NCBI GenBank assembly: GCA_013239625.1
Contig: MU053431.1
Location: forward strand, 932,001-996,000
Direction of reading: 5' to 3'
Length of the DNA: 64,000 nt
Source of the DNA: Lama guanicoe
Taxonomy: Eukaryota
The position numbers and the translations under genes were made by a program. The notes below the pieces were generated by a model. The model saw only the letters and a list, made by a program, of their open reading frames with translations. It made no database searches and had not been told where the DNA came from. Within the stretch, counting starts at the first letter, position 1, and every line of letters starts with the position of its first letter. Below, in pieces: positions 25,113-36,899 of this stretch.

Positions 25113-28100
25113 AGTGAGCCTGCCTCCTCCCAGCCTTCTTGGGGGATGACCTGCGGCCGAGAGTCGTGGCAACCTCCCACGGCCACCCCATGAGGTTGGT
25201 CCCCCTTCCAAAGCCTGCACTCCAATAAGTGGGGCCCCACTCAGCCCAGGGCACCCCAGTCAAATGGACTGCGGGGCGGGAGGCAGCCCCTCAGGTCCCG
25301 CTACATGGTCCTCTGTGGCCCTCGGGGTCTCCCCGCGAAGCAAGGCCCAAAAAGCTACTGACATGAGACTCCAGGTCTGTGGTGCTGAGATGGTTCACCA
25401 GCTAAGTTGCTGGACGAGACGCGGGCTGGAAGGGAAGTAGCCATTGGATTGCAGCTCGTTCGTGTAACTGAATCCAGGAGCCCACTGGCGCGCGGGTGCA
25501 CTGGGACGGCCCCTGCTCTGTGCAGGAGACCCCGCCAGTCCTGGGGACGACAGAACCAGTGCTTCTGTTCATCCTGAAGGTTGAGAGAAGCTCTGTGTAA
25601 AAGCTGCCTTCATCTTCCTTATTTTTCCTAAACTTGGTAACGAAATCTCCATCTCCGCCCTCACGTGCTGTGTGCGAATCACCAAAACTATAAACCTTGA
25701 AGAGACTTAGCGAATCCCATGCTGCCACGAAGGAAACCTGCAAATGAGTCTTTATATTTGGGGTTTTGTCATTTAGCAGGTGCATTGCTGTCCCTTGCTT
25801 CACAGACGGCTCACCGTGAAGCACAGGGGGGCACGGTTGGAAGCCCCTTTCCCTTCCTGCCTTTCAGAGACAGCTGTTTCCTTGCAGGTAGTAATTTTGT
25901 TTTAAGGAGAGAGATGTTTGGTGCCAGGCTTTTTAATAAAAATATGTGTGAGAGAATACTTCTTCTAAAACATTCTGTGTCTGCGAAAATCTCTATGTGG
26001 GAGAAGTTGAATTACCCACTAACAGATTTTATTGCACAGCAGTTAAGAATTTTCCTAGGAGACACCAAGTCAAAGGCATCAGTTTGGGGTCACGGAGCAC
26101 TGGAGACAAGGGAACCCGTCGACAGCTGGCGTTGCTCCTGCTCCGTGAATTCTGTGTTCGTCCCCCGGCTGCCACCTTCTTCAGAAGACGGACACGTCAG
26201 GCTGTGGACGAAACGCACGCGGCGAACAGGATTAACCGCCAGTACGGGAGCCGGCGTTTGCTCACGGAACCCACGTTCTCTGGACGTGTTCTGTCTGCAC
26301 CCGCACTTGAGTCTCCTCGCCCCGCTCTCCCCGTGGGGGACTGCTTTTAAGTGAGGCTCAGGGGCAGTGATGGACCCCTGTGGGCAGGGGCTCTGACTTC
26401 ACTGAGGCCCTGAGCCAGACGCCTCCGGTTAATCCTGGGCCCCCGGGACTCTGAACCTCGTGTGCTCATCCCAGATGGGGGGTGACAATGCTGTCTGCTC
26501 CGAGGGTGGGCGGGGGTCCACAGGGCACCCGTACGAGGGTGTAGGAGAGCGCCAGGCTCGTCTCAAGTGTCACCGCGTCGTCGCCTGGGCCGTTATAACT
26601 ATCATTACTGGTTTGGTGATGGCTTTTGCTGCCATGACAATGGCTGTCAATGGGAGGAGGATCACCTTCCTCTCGGGCACCACCAGGGCACCCTCGTCAC
26701 TATGGGGGGTCTCCCGGCTGGGGGCCCTCCTTCGGCTTCGGCGTGGGGGAGGGGTGTCGGTGATCCATTCACATCACTGCCGTGTAGCACTGTGGGCTGC
26801 GCCCAGCAATGAGAATTAAAGCTGTAACAGGACATGCAGTCGTGATAAGACAGGAGGGGAGCAGAGGAGGGCCTTCGAGACAATTACAGGTTGTAGGGCC
26901 GCTCCTCGCGCTCGCTTTTGGAGCCGCCTTGTGAACGAGCGCGCTGTTTGGGAGCAGAGCCTGGGCGCGGTACTTGCTCACTAAAACTCCTGGATTTCGG
27001 GGTGGAGGGAAAGGGAGGCCCCCCGCTCTGCTCGGCGTCTGTCCTGGGCTTCAGGCCCATCTCAGGCCATGACAAAGCGGCCTTGAGAGGGCTCCCGTGT
27101 CCCCGTCCACTCGTGAAGGGGGAGAGACCCGGGAGCAGGGAAGTGACTGCGTTCCGCAGTTCGTGTTCTTTCCCGGGAGACGTGGCGAGGAGAGGCCTGC
27201 GCGAGTGTCATGAAAGGACACTGCAGTGCCGAGGAGGACCACCCGGCACGGTCTCTGTAGCTTTGGGTGGAGGCATTTTCTATAAATGTTAATATTTCGT
27301 CCTTGTAAGTTGTGTGCTCCGAGCGTCATTGGTCCAACAGGCACCTGTCCTGCAGCCCCGTGGCCCCAAGTCCCAAACCAACCTGAGAGCGGCACAGCCC
27401 GGGGATGAGGCCCCGACACGGGCAAGTGCTGGCATCCCCGTGAACTCTTGGTTTGGAGGCGGGAAAGGCAGACTCGCTGTTCGCAAGGCCCTGGAACGTT
27501 GAGCTCCCTTGCGGCTGGGCACTGAGCGTGCTGCTCCCACACACACGGCAGCTGGACCCCGGAGTGTCCCTGCTGCGGTGGGAGAGCGAGCCCCCTCCAT
27601 GGACGATCCGTGATCCCCAAGGTCTTTCCTGCACAGCGCCTGAGCGGTGGCCTTTCTCGAGCCCTGTGGGGCCGTTTCTGCTTGTGGTCTGAGCCGCAGC
27701 AGAACCAGAGCCGGGAGGGGGCCCGGCACCTTCGCTCAAACTGCTTCTCCGTATCCGTGTTTAGGGCCTCACAGAATCAGTGTCCTCCGTGGGCCCTGTA
27801 AGCCTGCAGCTTAAGGTGATACAGGCAATACCTCATTACACCCGGCCTCTGTGCAGAAGAGCAGTAACAAACCGGTGGGAAAGGGGCCCGGGGAGCTGGG
27901 GACGCTCGGAATACGGCTTTCTTGGGAAAGGCCACAGGTTGCTGGCATGTACCTGGCTACCTGCGCGGACACTGAGAGGTCAGTTAGGAATGGCTTCCTA
28001 GGTGAGTGATGCCTGGGAAAGGGGCCTGGCTGGGAGGTCAGGAGACCCGCCGCCCCCGGGGCCTGCTGCATCTCAACGCCTGTGAGCCGCGACCCCCGGC

Positions 28101-28271
28101 CCGCAGACGCCCGACCTGGCCACCCGACCGCTGTCATGAGACCCTAAGAGCAGTCAGAGGAGTGCGTTCTGGGAAGTGTGGCGTGGTGCAGGCGCACGTG
28201 TGTGTGTGTGGCTGAGACACGGTGCTGTGCACCAGAAGCTTCCACATTGTAACTGGTGATACTTCAACTAA

Positions 28272-28289
28272 AATAATAATAATAATAAT
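28272..28289. repeat. (AAT)6 microsatellite
   Basis: aataataataataataat. Confidence 0.95.
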
Positions 28290-28376
28290 AACACAGGGCG
28301 CTGGATTGGTCATCGTAACCAGTGGTCCACCTGTGCATGTCGTTGGGGAACCAAACAAGGAGGGTGCTAGACTCAG

Positions 28377-28412
28377 CTAACGAGCTCCCCTTTCTCTCCC
28401 TCCTAGGTAAGT
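28377..28412 (+). other. Candidate recursive splice site (3'ss immediately followed by 5'ss)
   Basis: Branch point CTAAC at 28377-28381 (A28380, 26 nt upstream of the junction). Pure pyrimidine tract ctcccctttctctccctcct at 28385-28404, AG at 28405-28406, GTAAGT at 28407-28412. Confidence 0.7.
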
Positions 28413-28529
28413 GACCGCCGCCCGGCTGCCCACGCGCGTCCTCACACACCCGTTTGGCCTGAGAGAACATGTCTCCACTCCCCGGCTCCTCCGCGGGCGT
28501 CCAGGGAAGGGGTGAGCCGGGCGGACCCG
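28407..28529 (+). other. Candidate RS-exon (cryptic, stop-containing; 105 or 123 nt)
   Basis: Downstream donors GGG|GTGAGC (GT at 28512) and CCG|GTGAGC (GT at 28530). TAA at 28408 and TGA at 28412 close two of the three frames. Confidence 0.55.
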
Positions 28530-29965
28530 GTGAGCGCGTCTGCCACTCTCCAGACCGTGTGCGCGATGCTGCGGTCCTGTCGCCCAGCCTGTGACGATGG
28601 CATTGCTTGATCTTTCTTGACCAAACTTACTTGTGTTTCTGTCTTACAAAAAACAAAGCCAGGCCATTGTTGCTCCCACACCTGTGGTGACGCACCTCCG
28701 TAGCCACCCCAGCTCGTGTCGTGGACAGTGTAAGGGGCAGGGAGTAAGACGACAAGCTGGTGACAAGAGAAGCCAGGCCGCCAAGTGTGAAGCAGAAACA
28801 GACTGTTGGTGGGGGTTGTAGTCTGAGCCCCCAGCCCCACGCGCCGTGCGGGCACGCAGGGGAGCCTCATGCCTGGCGGCGAGCTTCCTGGTGTCCAAAG
28901 GGTGGAGGAAAATACAAGCCATTCGAATAGCTGCAGACACTGTGAAGGAGCAACATGCTTTCTGTCCTTTTTTTTTTTCCTCCCCCGGCAAAAAATCCTC
29001 TCACCAGAACTAAAGTCTAAAAGAACTACCCCGCAGTGGGTGGGTGTCCTGTGCTCGAGACCCTCAGTGGGGTGTGAGACAACGTTCTGAACGTTTCTGG
29101 ACGAAACACGGTGGAGGGTTCTGTGTGGTTGCTGCTTGTTCGGCCGTTACATTTAACAAATCAGCGGGGCTAACATTAAAATACAGCTCATTGGAAGCAT
29201 TTCTGCAGGCCAGTGGCTCGGATGAACATTCGTCTCATGGCTTGGTCAGACCCTGGAGAAACATGATCACAGACTCTGTGGGCAGTTCCCTCCCCGGAAC
29301 TGACAGAGGCACCTTGAGATGGCGCCGTCCCGCGTGAGGCTGGACGGCAGACGTCCTGGGCTGTGGCTGTGAGTGGGTAGTTGGCTGCAAGGAACAGGAG
29401 ATCCATGATCAGGCCCTTTGAGGGGAGAGAAGCTGCTCCTTCCAGACCAAGGAGAAGGTGTCGGTCCAGAGCTCTGATGCGTGCGGGGAGCCCAGGGCCG
29501 TGGGCGGCACCTGAGACCAGGCGCTCCGTGGTGCAGAATTCATTGCAAATGTGAAGGACTTTCTTCACAAAAAAGACAAGGAGACACAGAAAGAGATCAT
29601 AAGACAATGGTGTTTCTAAAAGTGAATGTAAAATCTCTTTTGAAAACGCAGCTCATGTTTTCTTGGGTGAGCTCACTGCTTGGAGTGTGCATGTTGGGCG
29701 GCAAGTGTGTCCTGGACGTTCCAGAGGTTAGGGCAGGGTCGACCCCTCGCCCGGAATCTCTCTGGGTCTGCAGGAGGGCAGAGGTCATATGTCATAAGGA
29801 CATAGGTCAGACTTTACCTCAAATTCAGACACAGCACTTGACCTCAGGGTAATTGGATAGACAGCGGAAGGAGCCGTGTTTGAACGAACTGGCTAATTCT
29901 TGTTTATCATTTGTTCAGTGTTAATTGATATGCCCCATAAGTCTGTGCATAAAGTGGACACACGC

Positions 29966-31030
29966 TTTTTTTCTTTTTTTATTGAAATATAGTTGGTTTA
30001 CAATATCGCATTAGTTTCAGGCTCACAGCAACGCGGTTAGGTTGCACTTTTGTTTTCAGATCCTTCCGCACTGTAGGTATCCGTGCGTAAGATAACCCCT
30101 GCATCCACTGTAAGGCAGTGAACGTGGTTCCCTGTGCTACACAGTGAGTCTTGGTTGTTCATCTGTTTTACGTACAGTGGTGTGTGTCTGTTAGTTCCAG
30201 TTCCCCAATTTGCCCCTCCCCCTACCCTTTCCCCTTTGGTAACTGTGTCTTTTCTGTGAGTCTGTTTCTGTTTTGTGAATAAATTCATTTGTATTATTTT
30301 TTAGATTCCACATATAAGTGATATCACTTGGTGTTTGTCTTTCTCTGTCTGACTTTTTTCACTAAGCATAATATTCTCCAGGTCCATCCATGTTGCTGCA
30401 AATAGCATTAGTTCATTCTTTTTATGGCTGAGTAATATTCCGTCGTGTGTATGTACACTGCATCTTCTTTATCCAGCCATCTGCTGATGGACACTCAGGT
30501 TGCTTCCATATCTAGGCTATTGTAAAGTGTGCTGCTGTGAACACTGGGGTGCACGACTCTTTTTGAATTAGAGTTTCGTCTTTTCTGCTCACATGCCCAG
30601 GAATGGGATTGCTGGATCATATGGTAAGTCTTTTTTTTTTTTTAAGGAACTCCCATTCTGTTTTCTACAGTGGCTGCACCGATTTGCATCCCCACCAGCA
30701 GGGCAGGAGGGCTCCCTTTTCTCCACAGCCTCTCCTGCATTTGTCATCTGTGGACTTTTTGATGATGGCCCTTCTGACCAGTGTGAGGTGCCAACACCAC
30801 GTGGCAGTTTTGACTCGCATTTCTCTAATAATCAGCAACATTGAACCTCTTCTCATGTGCCTGTTGGCCGTTGTGCGTCTTCTTTGGAGAAACGTCTGTT
30901 CAGGTCTTTTGCTCGTTTTTGACTGGGTTGTTCGGGGTTATTTTTTTTGTTATTGACTGTATGTGCCATTTATATACATTGGAAATTAACCCCTTGTCAG
31001 TCGCACTGTTTGCAAACACGATCTTCCCGT
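29966..31030 (-). mobile_element. 5'-truncated lineage L1 (ORF2 3' part + 3' UTR)
   Basis: T-rich tail at 29966, then the same 3' UTR as the 8114 and 23385 copies. ORF 30665-30856 has SMLLIIREMRVKTAT..HLTLVRRAIIKKSTDDKCRRGCGEKGALLPCWWGCK, matching L1 ORF2. Confidence 0.93.
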
Positions 31031-31590
31031 CACCTGGAAGGAGAGGAAGGGCGCTGTGTGTGGTCAGGTTTCTGTGGAAAGTCCCCCCGCCCCATGCTGT
31101 CTGCTGGAGCCTGGGGTGGCCACGTTCCCCTTCTGACTCGCTGCGTCTGCAGCCCTGGACTGTGGGGATCTTTCTCGGATCCCAACCTTGGATCAGGCAC
31201 TGCCGTCCTTGGAATGGAGACCTCATTACTCACAGACGCCTCAAAGGGCCTCTTGTCCCAGGACCGCAGTGCCGCAGGGAGTGTCCTGCAGGTGGCCCTG
31301 AAGAACGGAGCCCATACGGTAGGGAACTCTGTGGCCGGACACCCACTGGGGCCAGGCCCTGTGATTCTGTCCCAGGTACTTGTGTCTTCGTCTGAGCAGA
31401 TACTGGCTTGGTCTGAAATTCTTTTGAGTCCCTTTCGACATCTGATTTCAGACCTTGCGCTTCCCCACTGTCTCCAGAGACGCATTTGCTGCTGGAGTGA
31501 TGCTCAGATTCGGTCCTTAAACCTTGTCTTAAGAGGGTTTCTTCCCCGGGGTCACCCGTGGTGACATCTGGGCTCTCTCTTGCTCTAACT

Positions 31591-31796
31591 CAGCGGTTCT
31601 CCATGGGTGGTGGCCCCCGGGGTGCTCGGCAGTGTCTGGAGGCGTTCTGGGTTGTCACTGCTCGGGGCGGCGTGCTGCCGTGTCTAGAAGGTACAGGTCC
31701 GGGAGGCTGCTGCCCATCCCACAGTGCACAGGACGGCCCCTCAGCAGAGACCCGTCCTGCCCCAGATATCAGGAGGGCCAACGGAGAGAGACCCCA
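31591..31796 (+). mobile_element. MER20 DNA transposon
   Basis: cagcggttctc..ggcagtgtctggaggcgttctgggttgtcac..gctgctgcccatcccacagtgcacaggacggcccc. Confidence 0.85.
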
Positions 31797-31879
31797 GGAT
31801 AACCGATGCCAGACACGTTGAAAAGCATGAGTATTAACGCTGCACAAACACTGATTTAAGGACGAGGTGCAAACCCTGT

Positions 31880-31995
31880 TCATCAGCTCATTTTGTTCTT
31901 GGCTCTATGAGGTGCCTGTGGTTCTTACCTTCACTCTGCAGATGGGGAAGCGAGGCCCAGAGAGGTTAGGTGGCCGCCCAAGATCACACAGCACA
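31880..31995 (-). mobile_element. MIR fragment
   Basis: ctgcagatggggaagcgaggcccagagaggttaggtggccgcccaagatcacacagc. Confidence 0.8.
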
Positions 31996-34189
31996 TGAGG
32001 GACAGAGCCCATCTGTCCCAGCTGCACGGCCACAGCTGCATCACTTTGCTGCATTTTTGCACCCAAACAGGAGTAGGGCTGGTAGGAAACCTGCACGATA
32101 GGAAATCCAACCACTTTCCAGGGGACGCGGAGTGCCAGCCTCCTGCCAGTCCATTCAGTAGCTGGCCTCTGGCACAACCCGGCCGTCGCAGCCCTCGTGC
32201 CTTTGCCACGTGTGAGTTTGCCTGATGACCTAAATGGGTACCGGAAACACAGGTCCCCTGACTCTTTCCTGGCAGCTGTGGGTGGAGACGCCGCCCTTGA
32301 CCTGGGCACAGCGTGAGTCAGGCAACACGGTCCGCGTCCGTCCATACGGCGCTCCCATCACTTTCCCGGTGCCACCCGAGGGCCTGATGCAGAAGCAGCG
32401 TCTGACTGGATGGGGCTTCAGACGACACAACAGAAGCAGGTCCTGAGCGCCCTCCGCGTGTGGGGAGGGGCTTCTCCTTCACGGCGCAGCTCAGCATCCT
32501 TTGTTTCATGTTTTAACAGTTTGCTTAAGATGTGGGGGGCTGTTTTCCTCATGGAAATTACTTTAAATCCACACCTGCTTCATTCACATCTCAGAAGAAG
32601 GGTCTGGGCTGTGAGGTGTGCGGCGCAGACGGGACAGGGTGTGGGGCGTTCTGGAGTTTACCACAAAGTCCTGGCAAACAAAATTGCTGAGTGAAGACCA
32701 GAATGGGGAGGGCGGGGCCGCCACCCCCGTGACATTCTGTGACTGGCCGTCTAAGGGTGGTTCAGAGTGAAGTCCCAGCCCCCTGATTCCTGCCAGGAGT
32801 GCACTGTCCCCCCAGGGGAGCACGCTTTGGACTCCAACCACCAGAAGTGGGATGTGAAGTCCGGGGAGGGGGAGGGTCTGCTGGGACCCTTTTTCTTGTC
32901 TTGGCTTCTTGGGGGCAAAGGAGTCCTAGACCCGTCTCTGGGCCGTGCAGGTGGCCCCTGACTTGTTCACGGGGGCCCGGGGAACCTCGGAATGTGAGTC
33001 TGCTCTCAGCGTCTGGTCAGTCGTGCTGGGGGGCAGGGGGCGCGGGCGGGGTGGTTTTGTCCCTTTATGCGTCGCCCCCGCTTGGCGTCAGGCCTGGCAC
33101 AGGATGGGCCCTCGGTCAGCGCTGGTGGGAAAAGGAAGCCAGGAGGAGCGAGCGGTGAGAGCGTCTTCACTCCCGAGAAGCGAGGGCTCCGCTGTGGAAG
33201 CCCGTCCCCGCGCCCCCTGCCGCGGGGGTGGACACGTTCACCGCTTCCGCCTCACGGAGGGAGGTCCACGCGGAGTACCCGCCTATGGTTTTCATCCTTT
33301 GTTAAATCTTCCCCGCTCGTAAACGTGGGAAAACTCTGTTGCTATGTTGACAAAGAGACTCGGATGCATGGAAGCCGGTGGGTTCATTAGAACCAGAGGT
33401 GGCGTCCAGACGTGGAGTTTGAATTGGACACACGCCATTTCAGCTTCACAAACTAACCTCGTGCCGCTTCGGATTTGATAGGCACTTGCTCCCCTGTAGG
33501 AATTCTGGGTGTGAATAAGAGCAAAAATAAAGTGACTTTATTATTAGTGTTAAATATTTACATAGTTTATAGACGGAGTAATCAGAGTACAACACGTTAT
33601 GACTGAAAATGAGTCTTCCCCAAAATTACGAGTTGGGAAACTTGGCATTTGGTGGAGAGTGAAGAGGCTCCGGCATCTTATTTTCAAATGTCGTGGAGCT
33701 GGAACCAGAACTCCAGGCAACCCTCTGTCCTTATTAAAATCCAATTACAGTAATAGCTCAGCCTTCAGCTTGGACTATTACGGATGCAACATAAATGTTG
33801 AAACAGCTTGGTTGCATGTGGCGGTTCTTCAGTTCACATCTGTTTCCCTGGTGATCTTGTGCTCATTTGTGGCTGACTTTCTGGGGCTTCTTTGGTAAAA
33901 GAAATGTGAGGGGGGAAGACTGCTGCCGCGTTAAGTCGTTTCCGCGTTGTTTTTCCTTCTCCCGTTTAGGACAAACCCCCCATTTTACTAACTCCGTGAG
34001 GTAGGCTAAAGTGTGCCGAAGAATTAATTCAGTGATTATTTATATGGCACCTACTAGGTGCAAAGACTTTTTCCCTGGGTGATATAAATATGCGCCAGCC
34101 TGCAAGATTTGGGGAAAGAAAAAGGCCCTGTGACCTCCAGTTCAGTTGGACCCAGATGGGGTGAGAACAGCAATTCAAGAATGGCTCTC

Positions 34190-34425
34190 AGGGAGGGGCC
34201 CTCCTCCACCGCTGGTGGGCGTGCAGCAAGGAGGTCCCTCAGAAGACTGAAAATAGACTTACCATGTGATCCAGCAGTCCCACTCCTGGGCATAGATCTG
34301 GAGGGAACTCTAATTCGAAAAGACACCTGCACCCCAGTGTTCACATCAGCACTGTTTACAACAGCCAAGACATGAAACAACCTAAATGTCCATCGACAGA
34401 TGGCTGGATGAAGAAGATGTGGTAT

Positions 34426-34466
<41 letters not shown>

Positions 34467-34909
34467 AATACTACTCAGCCATAAAAAGAATAAAAGATTG
34501 CCATTTGCAGCAACATGGATGGAGATCATCATACTAAGTGAAGTCAGCCAGAAAGAGAAAGAAAATACCATATGATATCACTCATATGTGGAATCTGAAA
34601 AAAGAAAGGCACAAATGAACTTATCTACAAAATAGAAACAGACTCACAGACATAGAAAACAAACTTATGGTTACCTGGGGGGTAAGCAGGTGGGAAGGGG
34701 TAAATTGGGAGTCCAAGGTTTGCAGATACTGACTGGTATATATAAAATAGGTAAACAAAAGGCCTTACTGTACAGCACAGGGAACTATATTCAGTATCTC
34801 GTAGTGACCTATAATGGAAAAGAATCTGGAAAGGAGTGTATGACTGGGACATGGTGCTGTACACCAGAAATTGATAAAACATTCTAAATTGTCTACACTC
34901 CAATTAAAA
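34190..34909 (+). mobile_element. 5'-truncated camelid-type L1 (ORF2 end, 3' UTR, polyA) with TSD
   Basis: ORFs give LRRLKIDLPCDPAVPLLGID..KDTCTPVFTSALFTTAKT and KQPKCPSTDGWMKKMWY..LPFAATWME. 3' end gtatgactgggacatggtgctgtacaccagaaattga followed by an A tail. Flanks aagaatggctctc (34177-34189) and aaaaaaggctctc (34911-34923). Confidence 0.95.
34429..34464. repeat. (CA)18 microsatellite inside L1
   Basis: Perfect CA run. Confidence 0.97.
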
Positions 34910-35314
34910 AAAAAAAGGCTCTCTGGGGGTCCCAAAGTGAGGCACATTGATGACGGCCTGCTCTTCCAGGTCTGAGTGGGACGTGGGGTGGCAGGTCACG
35001 GTGCTGGTTAGGATTTAAATGTCTTAGAAAGGAACCACGGTCTATGTCGTGGTCAGAAGTTTCCAGAATACATGGGAAACTTCTGAGCCCCACCACTCAG
35101 ATGTGAGGCCGTGCACGCCCCAGACTACCAGAAGAACAAAGACCCTTCGACTCAGTGGTCCGTGACCACCCGGCTTCCCCAGGATTCGACTTTAGTGAAA
35201 TATGCCCCGTTTGAGGGTTCGGGGTTTTATCGTTTTCCTAAGTGAGTCTGCAATGCGCTGTCTGAGTTTTCCAGTAGAATGTGGTTTCTTGAGTTAGATG
35301 CAACAGCCAAAAAT

Positions 35315-35316
<2 letters not shown>

Positions 35317-35357
<41 letters not shown>
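35317..35357. repeat. (AC)20 microsatellite
   Basis: Perfect AC run. Confidence 0.97.
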
Positions 35358-35361
<4 letters not shown>

Positions 35362-35779
35362 TCTATAAACACATACATTTTCCCCAAAGGTAATTTTTCT
35401 GAAAGCCAGAGTAGCTTTTGGTACCACATCTAATTAGGAGATTGTTGAACAACGCAGAGCCATCTTGATTATAATAACCATCTTCAGATAATGTGCTGTT
35501 AAATTAGCTCACTCAACATCTATTTTGTAAGTAGATTTGGTTTATTTTTAGTCGTCATTTGAAGCCAGGAATCCAAATGGTGATGAAGGGGTTTCAGTGG
35601 GCGTGGAGGCCACAAAGGCGGTCGGTGGCCCTTGGCCAGGCCGCTCCTTTGAGAAGTTGGCTTTTTCAGAAGGAAGTTTGAAGAAAAGCAGGCAGGAAAG
35701 TTGAGGTTCACTGAGTTTCAGACAAGCTTCCACTCTAGGAAGAGCCAGTGATGATGTGCTTGAAAAGAAAGGGTGCGTC

Positions 35780-36270
35780 ATGCAGAACACCTGACGGTGA
35801 TATTTGCAACCCACGCATCTGGTAAGAGGTGAACACCCAAAATGTACACGTAACTTCCACGAAGAAACGGCAACCAAACAAACAACAACAAGGGAACAGC
35901 TAATAACCTGATTTTAAAATGGCTGAAGGACCCGAACAGACACGTCTCCAAAGAGCACATGCAGCTGGTAAACAGACAAAAATGTTCGATGTCGGTGACT
36001 TCAGGGACTCGCAGGTCAAAACCACAGTGTCACCTCACAGCCGCCAGGATGGCTGCTGTCATCACAAAAAAGGACAAGTGTTGACAGAGATGTGGAGAAA
36101 CTGGAACATTTACACACTGTTGGTGGGAAAGCAAATGGTGCAGCCACTGTGGAGGAGTGTGGAGGTGCCCCCAGAAGTTAAGAACAGAACCAGCCTCTGA
36201 CCAGCAGTCCCACCGCTGGGTGTTCTTCCGGAAGGACTGAGGTCCGGATCACGCAGGGGCACCTGCACCC
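35780..36270 (+). mobile_element. Older L1 ORF2 internal fragment
   Basis: atatttgcaaccc..atctggtaagagg..aaaatgg..aaggacccgaacagacac.tctccaaagag..aaaccacagtg..acactgttggtggga..tggtgcagccactgtgga. Confidence 0.85.
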
Positions 36271-36608
36271 TCGGGAGACCGCCCCTCCCGCCCCCAGGCC
36301 GCAGCAGGCTGCGCATCCACGAGCACCTGGCGGGGGAGGTCGGGCTGTGGGGAAGCTGGCCGCCTGTATCACTGGTTTAGGTGGCGCCTCGGGTGTCATT
36401 GTTGGAATTATTCAGCGGGTTGTAATCAGCGCTGAGGAGAAGTGTGGGTCTTCACGTCACTAACGACTTGTGGTACTTCGTTTACTCCATGCTAGAAACT
36501 GACGTCAAGGTTTTCCGTAAACCAAATCCCCGTGACCTGGATTTGTCCATCCCCAGACATTTTTCACCGGAAAATTCCTAGTCAGGACTGGGTTCCATCT
36601 ATATTTCT

Positions 36609-36817
36609 TTCTTCTGTTTTGTAACTGAAGTGTAGTCGATGTGCAGTGCTGTGTTGACTTCTGGTGCACCGCCTGCTGATTCAGTGATACACACACGTAC
36701 GCTCCTGTTCACGTTCTTCGTCATTACAGGCCGTTACCAGGTACTGAACACAGGTCCTTGTGCTGCACGGTAGGGCCTTGTTGTTGATCTGTTTTATCTG
36801 CAGTCATTACTATCTGC
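36609..36817 (-). mobile_element. Short lineage L1 3' tail with 14-bp TSD
   Basis: aactgaagtgtagtcgat..gtgttgacttctggtg..tgattcag..ggccttgttgttgatctgtttt. Flanks ccatctatatttct (36595-36608) and ccatccgtatttct (36818-36831). Confidence 0.85.
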
Positions 36818-36899
36818 CCATCCGTATTTCTGATGGTTGAACCTGGCCTTACAACAGAGTCTAGAGAATAAAAACAAAAAATGAGGACAGTGGGAGGAA

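Noticed and set aside
24522..25263. Gly-rich - strand ORFs
   Set aside because: They arise from the C/T low-complexity tract at 25045-25112, and all three frames are open.
25370..25390. REST/NRSE-like motif on the - strand (tcagcaccacagacctg); half sites at ~44796 and ~60480
   Set aside because: The right half (GGACAG) or the spacing does not match, so these are too weak to call.
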